From contig JAYOYH010000065.1 of NCBI GenBank assembly GCA_038153405.1, positions 1 through 15,153 on the forward strand: a DNA stretch of 15,153 nt, given 5' to 3'. Positions 9,701 to 15,153 of the stretch are shown here, one piece after another; within the stretch, counting starts at the first letter, position 1; the number at the start of each line of letters is the position of its first letter. Position numbers and translations under genes: made by a program. The stretch is from Gemmatimonadota bacterium. Lineage in GTDB: Bacteria; Latescibacterota; UBA2968; UBA8231. The notes beneath the pieces were generated by a model that ran no database searches, was not told the DNA's origin, and worked only from the letters and a program-made list of their open reading frames with translations.

Positions 9701-9944
9701 GTAGGACCAACGATTGCCCGCCGGATAGGGTTTGGTGGCGAATGGTCGACGACGGCTGGCTGGCGCTGGTTCCAGAACCGCCAAAGGGCGTCAGGTTGAG
9801 CGAACGAGTTGCGTTAGCCGTCGATTGCGTGCGACCGGCCTTGGATATCTTGTTGGCGTAGCCCGAGGTGGGTGTAACCGACAGGGTAGCTAGCAGCAGA
9901 GTGGATGCCAACCCCACTGCGCGCGTAATAGAGCGATCTCGCAT
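6735..9944 (-). CDS. Secreted M4 (thermolysin-like) zinc metalloprotease with FTP/PepSY propeptide, beta-propeller-like region and FlgD-Ig/T9SS-type C-terminal sorting domain
   Basis: Signal peptide; propeptide (HITFAQRYRDVPIWG, YFVDALSGEVL); NAYWNG, YGDG, LDVAAHEMAHGV (HExxH), SGALNESIAD, DHGGVHINSG; ALSPDG repeat region; C-terminus LGQNHPNPFNPET-I-Y-L...GVYFY...TRKMLLLR. GAGGA RBS. Confidence 0.95.
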   Translation of the reverse strand: MRDRSITRAVGLASTLLLATLSVTPTSGYANKISKAGRTQSTANATRSLNLTPFGGSGTSASQPSSTIRHQTLSGGQSLVLPTQASAGKVAVTEQGEWDLWIDETTSTPIFMQAKGGAGAAKRASGLSSAEQVLSFVEANAGLFNLRQPRLELAVQRERTDAGGREHITFAQRYRDVPIWGAALVGHVSGDQGLFAINGRYRPTPARLSSVEPAITTAQAIASAMSAYGKQVQPLSQGLRELLAYDGPSAELYIWSKTPTSMPHLVWKVEMRPNTYERWRYFVDALSGEVLDKYQFSPTDGPTMGSGVGLDGQEVQLNTFQSGDAYYLIDATASTASSLNIVDNTNLHWTLQPDGEFLTALTSNSNRFDDPTAVSAHANMAKIYDYFYTIHGRNSINGIGGNMISVVHVTDEDGESMANAYWNGVYMAYGDGGGVFEPLSGSLDVAAHEMAHGVIEHTANLEYRFQSGALNESIADIFGAMIDDEDWLIGEDIVKTDYFPSGALRNLADPHNGDHPNGWQPAHMDEYADLPEDEDHGGVHINSGISNRAAFLMADAIGRERTARIYYHLLTNYLTPTSNFVDCRLAAERAATDLYADDPQVLQAVRNAFDGVGIVVPDEETSEETAGETTEETSEEGPLPIDERNFWVASVGATDDGDNSLFIAKPGVDPNEPPFRTLLTDTQVFAETGNAITAPQNGRFLLFIDSDNNLRFIGSDGEGEEVLNDDGDWGSIALSPDGNRLIATTVYEDSTLFFFDLDNADNNRAIKLYHTTTASNVITYATRFADAIQWDAAGQYVVFDSYNSLPGIDGGTIDFWDIKIVNPANGVVTSWSPPLPPGLHLANPSFSGQIVDGEINDCRLLYEVVDDNAPNTTVYVLDRCAGTSGELVAFPDAIFTFPRFINNDREVVFEYWSEEGDVYSANLWRLPLSDDRLSATSEPLLFISGTQSPHAFTVNDESGILPTAVEEEGESRPTHYALGQNHPNPFNPETAIPYDLSTAGQVRLQIFDLAGQHVITLVDEQHQAGRYEARWRGVDAKGRPVATGVYFYELRYVSGMDSSKLTRKMLLLR
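8037..8096 (-). repeat. Degenerate 12-bp tandem repeat (5 units) encoding an acidic EET(S/A/T) linker
   Basis: Plus-strand units ttcttcgctcgt / ttcttcggttgt / ttctccagccgt / ttcctcgctggt / ttcctcgtccgg; encodes PDEETSEETAGETTEETSEE. Confidence 0.8.
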
Positions 9945-10103
9945 AGTTTTAGTCCTCTGCTTATGGAACGTGTTCTACGGTTAAAGCCACTGCGTCGACA
10001 AGCACCTGACCAGCCGCAGCAGTAGTGCACGGCTCAGCGCCGCTACGGTTTTCACGTAGCAATGCACTAGGGCGTCTTTTCACTTGGCTAATATGTTTTT
10101 CGG

Positions 10104-11114
10104 TTACCCGCTGGCCGTTTGCACTATCGGCAATTCGGGTATGTACTGGTAGCTCGGTTCCGTTTTCTGTCGCTTGAGAATACCGATAATTTCTTTCCAC
10201 GCCGCAAACAGCCCTACCGGCGGCGCAGGCGATTCGTGGCGAATGGCCGCGTGCAGCTTGCCCAGGTTGTAGCACGGTACACCGGCGTACATGTGGTGTT
10301 CGATGTGGTAATTCATGTGCCAGTAGAGAAAGCGCACGAGCGGGCTGAGTATCACCGTGCGCGTGCAGAGTCGGAAATCCGGCACGTCGTCCTGCAGGCC
10401 TGCGTGCTGCGTGCCGTTGCACAAATAGCGCAGCCAGCCGCCGTAAAACGCGCCGCCCGTCGTCAGGACCGGCACCAGCCACAGGCCGTTGTAGAGCCAG
10501 AAAGCGACCCAGGTCGCATGGCCTGCCAATAAAAAGCGCGCCCACCAAATCAGGCGCTGTCGTTTGTCGGCGTCTCCGATCGGAAAGAGGTAGATCGACC
10601 ACTCACCTCGAACGATGCCCAGCGCGTGCAGGACGTGGGTCTCGATCGTTGCGTAGAATCCCAAGGGGTCGAAAAAACCTGTTTTGAGAAAGCCCTTGAG
10701 ATTTAGCTGCGCGGGCAGTACGACCTCCAGATCATCGGGTTGGTGCAGCGTATATTTGTGATGCTCGGCGTGGCTGGTCCAGAAGTAGACGTGGCTGCGC
10801 CAGACGAAGAAGCTGTGCAGGCGCAGGAAAAACCAGTTGAGCCAGCGCGTTTTGAACACCGTGTTATGGCAGAGTTCGTGCGTGGAGTTAAATAGAAAAA
10901 CATACACCGTGCCATAGGCCAGCAGAGCGGGCAAGAGCAGATACCAGCGGTCTTGTACCTGCCAGGTGAGCGCACCCAGCACACCGAGCAGACTCCAGTG
11001 GCCTAGCGTTTGCGCCAGACCCTTCCAATCGCTCCGCCTGTTTAGATGGCGCATGAGTTGGCGATCGACCGGGGTGCGGTACCAGCCGATCGTCCGCGCG
11101 CTAAGTTCCGTCAT
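10104..11114 (-). CDS. Membrane fatty-acid-desaturase-family di-iron oxygenase, rhizopine-oxygenase (MocD)-like subgroup
   Basis: His boxes HELCH, HAEHH, YHIEHH plus TQHAGL and PCYNL-KLH; N-terminal WYRTPVDR-LM--L--RSD recalled as typical of MocD-like proteins. Start at ATG 11114 behind GGAGG (336 aa), not the 11540 of the ORF track. Confidence 0.88.
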   Translation of the reverse strand: MTELSARTIGWYRTPVDRQLMRHLNRRSDWKGLAQTLGHWSLLGVLGALTWQVQDRWYLLLPALLAYGTVYVFLFNSTHELCHNTVFKTRWLNWFFLRLHSFFVWRSHVYFWTSHAEHHKYTLHQPDDLEVVLPAQLNLKGFLKTGFFDPLGFYATIETHVLHALGIVRGEWSIYLFPIGDADKRQRLIWWARFLLAGHATWVAFWLYNGLWLVPVLTTGGAFYGGWLRYLCNGTQHAGLQDDVPDFRLCTRTVILSPLVRFLYWHMNYHIEHHMYAGVPCYNLGKLHAAIRHESPAPPVGLFAAWKEIIGILKRQKTEPSYQYIPELPIVQTASG

Positions 11115-11231
11115 CGCTGCGTCCTCCGTCCCAAAAATATAGCGAAACTGGCGGCGCAGCCCCAATCCTCTATGCGCTTGGCGGGAACCACACACTACGA
11201 TTCGTGTGCCGTACGTCCCGATGAGCGGCTC

Positions 11232-11267
11232 CGTCAATTGACGCTCTCGCCGGGCTTTGCCTATACT
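11232..11267 (+). promoter_or_regulatory. Sigma70-type promoter of the dioxygenase operon, with palindromic -35
   Basis: TTGACG (11238-11243)-N18-TATACT (11262-11267). The -35 is half of the perfect palindrome CGTCAATTGACG (11232-11243). Confidence 0.6.
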
Positions 11268-11370
11268 TTCCGCTGGTAGGAGAAACCCATCGCGAGGGAG
11301 ACCTCCAATCGCGCCGCGCCAGCCAGCGCGCGGTACTCCGTGGACCCCAATCTGCCGAAGCGAGACCTCT

Positions 11371-12207
11371 ATGTCTGAGTCGATTGTCGTGTCGGCCGCC
11401 GAACGCGCCGCCGGGCGTCTGAGCGAGAAGCACGCGCTACGGGCGATAGCGGCCGTCAGGGAAGAGGGTATCGTCGTGCTCGAAAACGCCGTTGGAGACG
11501 ATGTCCTCGACGCGCTGCACGAGCGCATGCTGGCCGACACGCACGCGCTGGTGGCCGCACGCGATCGCGGCGCGTCCGTGTCGGGCTGGAAGCGCGGTCA
11601 CCTGCAGCAAAAGCCCCCGCACCATCCGCCCTATATCTTTCGCGACGTCGTTGCTAACCCCTTTGCCATACAGGTAACGCACGGCGTGCTGGGCGACGGC
11701 CTGTTTAATGCGTTCTATAGCGGCAACACCAATCTGCCCGGCAGCGAAGCGCAGCCTCTGCACCGCGACGCACAGCCGCTGTGGCCCGACGGGGACGGCG
11801 ACCATCCGGCCACGACGCTGGTCGTCAATGTTTCGCCCATCGACGTGCATCCCGACAACGGCAGCACCGAAATCTGGCCGGGCTCGCACTGGGTCGGTGG
11901 CGAACTGACCGAAGCGCTGATTGAAGCGCGCCGCGCCGTCGCGCCGCCGGTGCGCGTGCAGGCGCCCAAGGGCAGCATCGTCGTGCGCGATATCCGCCTC
12001 TGGCATCGCGGCGTGCCCAACGTGTCCGATCAGGTTCGCCATATGATTGCCCTAGTGCATCAGGTCCGGTGGTTTCACCGCACGCACACCCTGCGCTTTC
12101 AAACGGGCTGCGAGGCAGAATTTGAAAGCGAACACCTCGATGCCAACGCCGAATTTGTCGACGCACCGCCCGACTATCTCTTCGGCCCTCACCCTAACCA
12201 CTCCTGA
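11371..12207 (+). CDS. Phytanoyl-CoA dioxygenase (PhyH) family Fe(II)/2-oxoglutarate dioxygenase, KanJ-like
   Basis: H-x-D (LHRD) and distal His (LWHRG); GH-QQ-PP, YSGN-NLPGS--QP-H-D, NGSTE-WPGSH, RRAVAPPVR and WHRGVPN match kanamycin B dioxygenase KanJ as recalled. Start placed at ATG 11371, downstream of the promoter. Confidence 0.9.
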   Translation: MSESIVVSAAERAAGRLSEKHALRAIAAVREEGIVVLENAVGDDVLDALHERMLADTHALVAARDRGASVSGWKRGHLQQKPPHHPPYIFRDVVANPFAIQVTHGVLGDGLFNAFYSGNTNLPGSEAQPLHRDAQPLWPDGDGDHPATTLVVNVSPIDVHPDNGSTEIWPGSHWVGGELTEALIEARRAVAPPVRVQAPKGSIVVRDIRLWHRGVPNVSDQVRHMIALVHQVRWFHRTHTLRFQTGCEAEFESEHLDANAEFVDAPPDYLFGPHPNHS

Positions 12208-12212
12208 GGCGT

Positions 12213-13085
12213 ATGCGCACACAGCACGATCCCACTACCAATACGATTGCCATAGAAGGCTTGGCCCAGCCCGTTTCGATCTTACACGTAACGGACAGCC
12301 ACATGGCCCTAGCCGACGAACGCGATCCCGAAGCTCTGCCGCACGCAGCGCACTACGGGGCGCTGTTTCGCGAACGCACGCCCGACGGCGTAGAACCCGA
12401 AGCGCTCTTTTCTCAGGCACTGGCGCACGGCGAGGCGCACGGCGTAGATGCCACGGTGCTGACGGGCGATATCATTCACTTTCCCGCCCACGCCGGCCTC
12501 GAACGCATCGCCGAGGAAGTAGGGGCCCTGTCGGCGCCCTATCTGTATACGCTGGGCAACCACGACTGGCACTTTCCGCACCTAGACTGGAACGATGCCA
12601 CGCGCCAGGCGCACTACGCGCGCTTCGCGTCGCTGACGGGCGGGACGCCCGCGGCCCAGGCGCTCGACGTGGGCGACGTGCGCCTGATCGCGCTGGACAA
12701 CAGCACGTATCAGATAACGGACGCGCAGCTAGCGTTTCTGCGGCAGCAGCTCGACGCGCCGGGTCCGTGCCTGCTCTTTGTGCACATTCCCATCGCCCTG
12801 CCGACGCTGATTCCGGACGTGGTCGAGGTGTGGCGCGAGCCCATTGTTATGGGCGCCGACGGCTGGTCCGAGGAAGGCCGCGCCAAGTGGAAGGTGGAGC
12901 AAAACGAAGCCAGCACTCAGGTCTGCTTGGACTTGGTAGCGCGCGCTGAGAATCTGGTGGGCATCTTTTGCGGCCACGTTCACTTTGACCACGTCGACCG
13001 GGTGCACGACGGCTGCTATCAGTATGTGACGCAGCCGGGCTTTGAGGGGGCACACCGGACTATTCGCCTGGCGCCGTTGGATTAG
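12213..13085 (+). CDS. Calcineurin-like metallophosphoesterase
   Basis: All five motifs: HVTDSH, LTGDI, LGNHD, FVHIP, CGHVH. Starts 5 nt after the dioxygenase stop. Confidence 0.92.
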   Translation: MRTQHDPTTNTIAIEGLAQPVSILHVTDSHMALADERDPEALPHAAHYGALFRERTPDGVEPEALFSQALAHGEAHGVDATVLTGDIIHFPAHAGLERIAEEVGALSAPYLYTLGNHDWHFPHLDWNDATRQAHYARFASLTGGTPAAQALDVGDVRLIALDNSTYQITDAQLAFLRQQLDAPGPCLLFVHIPIALPTLIPDVVEVWREPIVMGADGWSEEGRAKWKVEQNEASTQVCLDLVARAENLVGIFCGHVHFDHVDRVHDGCYQYVTQPGFEGAHRTIRLAPLD

Positions 13086-13114
13086 GCGTTATACACCGCA
13101 CGAAAGGATAGGCT

Positions 13115-13450
13115 ATGCAGCGCGTCGCATTTGTGATGCACGTTAAAGAAGGCCAAGAGGCCGAATACGTTCGCCGCCACCGGGAAGTATGGCCGCAGGT
13201 ATTGGCCGATTTGGAGCGGGCCGGCGTCGAGCAGATGAACATCTTTATGACCGGTCGCCAGCTCTTTCTCTACATGGAGGTGGACGACTATGCCGAAGCA
13301 GCGCGGATCCTCGGCGAGTGTCCCGAGTCCGTGCGCTGGGAAGCGTATATGGAACCCATTATGGAAGACGCTGGCGGGCAGGACTACGATCCAGAAAATC
13401 CCTATCCCGACAGCCTGCCCGAAGTCTTTTTCTGGCGCAAAGGAGCGTAA
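13115..13450 (+). CDS. L-rhamnose mutarotase (RhaM/YiiL) family protein
   Basis: R-AFVM-V, EY-RRH--VWP (Tyr18, catalytic His22), W-AYM and C-terminal L-EVF. Confidence 0.88.
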   Translation: MQRVAFVMHVKEGQEAEYVRRHREVWPQVLADLERAGVEQMNIFMTGRQLFLYMEVDDYAEAARILGECPESVRWEAYMEPIMEDAGGQDYDPENPYPDSLPEVFFWRKGA

Positions 13451-13453
13451 ACT

Positions 13454-14227
13454 ATGGCCGTACTCGAAGGACAAGTGGCCCTGATTACCGGGGCCGGCTC
13501 AGGCATGGGCCGGTCGACGGCCGAACTCTTTGCCCAGGAGGGCGCGCGCGTCGTGGTCGTCGATATCGACGAAGCCGGCGGCGAGCAGACCGTGGCGACG
13601 ATCCGCGCGGCCGGCGGCGAGGCGATTTTTACGCGCGCCGACGTGGCCAAGGCCTCCGACGCCGAGGCGATGATCAGCTTGGCGATCGAGACCTACGGCC
13701 GGCTCGACGTTCTCCACAACAACGCCGGCGTGGTATCGGTCAAATTTCTAGAAGACATGTCGGAGGAAGAGTGGGACTGGCTGATGGGCGTCAACCTCAA
13801 GTCCATCTTCTTAGCGGTCAAATACGCGGTGCCGCATATGAAAGCGCAGGGCGGCGGCTGCATTATCAACACCGGCTCGACCGGCAGCTTTATCGGCCAG
13901 TACCGGACGCCGGCCTATATCGCCTCGAAGGGCGGCGTGATCCAGCTGACCAAGACGCTGGCGCTAGACTACGCCGAGCACAAGATCCGCGTCAACGCCA
14001 TCTGTCCGGGTACGGTCGACACGCCGCTGGTGCGCCAGCACATCGAGGGCAGCCCCGATCCGGCGCGCGCCGAGGCGATCGAAAAGCAGCTCATTCCCCT
14101 CAAGCGCTTTATGCAGCCCGAAGAGATCGCCCACGCCGCGCTCTATCTGGCCTCCGCGCCGGCCGGCGGCATCACCGGCTCCGCACTGGTCATCGACGGC
14201 GGCACGCTGGCCGGCTACGTCGACTGA
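13454..14227 (+). CDS. Classical short-chain dehydrogenase/reductase (SDR), probably NAD-preferring
   Basis: TGAGSGMG, VVVDI (acidic residue after beta-2), NNAG, Ser, YIASK, IRVNAICPG, ITG---IDGG. AAGGAG RBS inside the mutarotase 3' end. Confidence 0.96.
   Translation: MAVLEGQVALITGAGSGMGRSTAELFAQEGARVVVVDIDEAGGEQTVATIRAAGGEAIFTRADVAKASDAEAMISLAIETYGRLDVLHNNAGVVSVKFLEDMSEEEWDWLMGVNLKSIFLAVKYAVPHMKAQGGGCIINTGSTGSFIGQYRTPAYIASKGGVIQLTKTLALDYAEHKIRVNAICPGTVDTPLVRQHIEGSPDPARAEAIEKQLIPLKRFMQPEEIAHAALYLASAPAGGITGSALVIDGGTLAGYVD
14114..14154 (+). repeat. Direct repeat copy 1 (41 bp, within SDR 3' end)
   Basis: cagcccgaAgagatcgcccacgccgcgctctatctggcctc; 40/41 identical to 15049-15089. Confidence 0.95.
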
Positions 14228-14265
14228 CGAGCAGCGCTTTGTGCGATGAATGGCGGCAGAGGCGT

Positions 14266-14730
14266 TTATTCGGCACCGGTAGGTCGGGTGCCTAGCTCTT
14301 CATCCGGCGACCGCCGAAACGGGTTGATGACGACCAATCCGTCCATATCTTGTCCGTCTTGCAGGTCTTCTGTCAGCAGTCGTTCGGCGCCGCAGAGTTG
14401 GGCGGCTGCGACAATCTGCGCATCCCACCACGAAAGCGCATACCGCATCGCCAGCTCTCGGGCGCGTCTCAGCACCTGGCTGTCTACCGGCACCGGATCC
14501 CACGTCAGCAGGTCCTCAACGTCGCTCCACGCGGCGTCCTCGTTCAAGCCGGGTGTGAGCTTCCTAGTTACTGTGACAAAATACTCGTTTAACACCTGAA
14601 TGCTCAGACGCCCGCACCGCTGCGACCAAAGTCGGTCGAGCCAGTCCTTGGCTATGGGTTGCTTCTGTGATTCGGAGGAATCTCTGGCATAGACCAAGAG
14701 ATTGGTATCAACGAAGTAGGTCGCGCTCAT
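14266..14730 (-). CDS. vapC: PIN-domain (VapC-family) toxin
   Basis: Four PIN acidic residues: FVDTN, VLNEY, SWWDAQI, TEDLQ, plus INPF. Likely start MSATYFVD at 14730, overlapping the antitoxin 3' end by 23 nt. Confidence 0.92.
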   Translation of the reverse strand: MSATYFVDTNLLVYARDSSESQKQPIAKDWLDRLWSQRCGRLSIQVLNEYFVTVTRKLTPGLNEDAAWSDVEDLLTWDPVPVDSQVLRRARELAMRYALSWWDAQIVAAAQLCGAERLLTEDLQDGQDMDGLVVINPFRRSPDEELGTRPTGAE

Positions 14731-14950
14731 GCAGTTCATCTCGTCTGGGATAGGATGTGCCCGATGCCTTGAGTTGTTGAGCGCTGCGGTCCATAAAGCG
14801 CCTTTGGGCGCGCTTATATTCGAGCTCGTTGCTCATCTTTTTTTTCACCAGGTCCCCGACGAACTGAGAGACGCTGGTATCGTGCTCCGCGGCCCACACG
14901 CGCACCCAGCGGGCTACCTCGTCCTCGAGCGTAATAGTGACATTTCTCAT
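14708..14950 (-). CDS. Ribbon-helix-helix (CopG/DUF6364-like) antitoxin
   Basis: MRNVTITLEDEV...AAEHDTSVSQFV RHH pattern and C-terminal RDELHER typical of VapB partners; AGGAG RBS at 14961-14965; directly upstream of the PIN gene. Confidence 0.88.
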   Translation of the reverse strand: MRNVTITLEDEVARWVRVWAAEHDTSVSQFVGDLVKKKMSNELEYKRAQRRFMDRSAQQLKASGTSYPRRDELHERDLLR

Positions 14951-14988
14951 GGTGTTACGGCTCCTAAGATAGGCGGGGGAGTATTAAT

Positions 14989-15021
14989 CACGAAAATAGT
15001 GTAACACGAGAATCGTGTCAA
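14989..15021 (-). promoter_or_regulatory. TA promoter with two tandem palindromic operators
   Basis: Minus strand TTGACA (15021-15016)-N17-TATTTT (14998-14993). Palindrome ACACGA-gaa-TCGTGT at 15004-15018 and a degenerate copy CACGAAAATAGTGT at 14989-15002, period 16 bp. Confidence 0.8.
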
Positions 15022-15048
15022 ATAATTTGCCCCAACGCCGCCCCTTTC

Positions 15049-15089
15049 CAGCCCGAGGAGATCGCCCACGCCGCGCTCTATCTGGCCTC
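15049..15089 (+). repeat. Direct repeat copy 2 (41 bp, orphan duplicate of SDR coding sequence)
   Basis: cagcccgaGgagatcgcccacgccgcgctctatctggcctc; encodes QPEEIAHAALYLAS as in the SDR, one synonymous GAA>GAG difference. Confidence 0.95.
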
Positions 15090-15107
15090 GATGCCCTGTG
15101 CGCAGGC

Positions 15108-15152
15108 TTAAGAGGCCAGCGAGCGGAAGAAGTCGCGGAAGAGAATCGTCTC
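15108..15152 (-). CDS. Probable 3' end of a CDS entering from the right edge, product unknown
   Basis: Open frame ETILFRDFFRSLAS* with mostly G/C third positions, stop at 15108-15110. Too short to identify. Confidence 0.4.
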   Translation of the reverse strand, partial: ETILFRDFFRSLAS

Positions 15153-15153
15153 G

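Noticed and set aside
9966..9975. GAAC-gt-GTTC as a LexA box
   Set aside because: Spacer is 2 nt rather than the 4 nt of the GAAC-N4-GTTC box.
9961..10035. Plus-strand GCAC...AGTAGTGCA resembling a c-di-GMP-II riboswitch
   Set aside because: Wrong strand for either flanking gene; GAG kink-turn and ACC elements missing.
11275..11370. GGAGA...GCCGAAG in the dioxygenase leader as a glycine riboswitch
   Set aside because: Lacks the CUCUCAGG element and the required stems; only a short GAGG-GAGA-CCTC hairpin is present.
11115..11540. 142-aa N-terminal extension of the desaturase ORF (and 38-aa extension of the dioxygenase ORF), implying overlapping divergent genes
   Set aside because: Strong GGAGG RBS before ATG 11114, family similarity starts there, and the region holds promoter elements.
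13189..14295. 368-aa Arg-rich plus-strand ORF
   Set aside because: Off-frame shadow of the GC-rich mutarotase and SDR genes; no motifs.
14114..15089. IS element, CRISPR array or integron cassette as explanation of the 41-bp repeat
   Set aside because: No transposase or terminal inverted repeats, only two copies, the repeat is SDR coding sequence, and no attC-like structure was seen.

Overview
GC-rich bacterial window with 12 complete CDS and two edge-truncated ones; no RNA genes, CRISPR arrays or transposases seen. The protease C-terminal sorting domain and gene content suggest an FCB-group organism such as Ca. Latescibacterota (inference). Left to right: (-) DegT/RifK-type PLP aminotransferase (partial) and a neutral-ceramidase-family hydrolase; a frameshifted receiver-domain remnant; a lower-GC (+) block of OprO/P-like porin, PhnD-like binding protein and hybrid sensor kinase with no ABC permease or ATPase; (-) 1069-aa secreted M4 thermolysin-like protease with propeller and T9SS-like C-terminal domain; (-) MocD-like desaturase-family oxygenase divergent from a (+) operon of KanJ-like Fe/2OG dioxygenase, metallophosphoesterase, RhaM-family mutarotase and SDR; (-) RHH/PIN toxin-antitoxin pair with a clear autoregulated promoter. 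Best leads: (1) the TA module lies between two 41-bp direct repeats (40/41 identical) copied from inside the SDR 3' end, with no integrase; (2) the transporter-less porin/binding-protein/kinase sensing module, whose binding protein lacks the phosphonate STSG motif; (3) a possible aminocyclitol/amino-sugar catabolic locus. Family calls are from motif recognition, not database searches.
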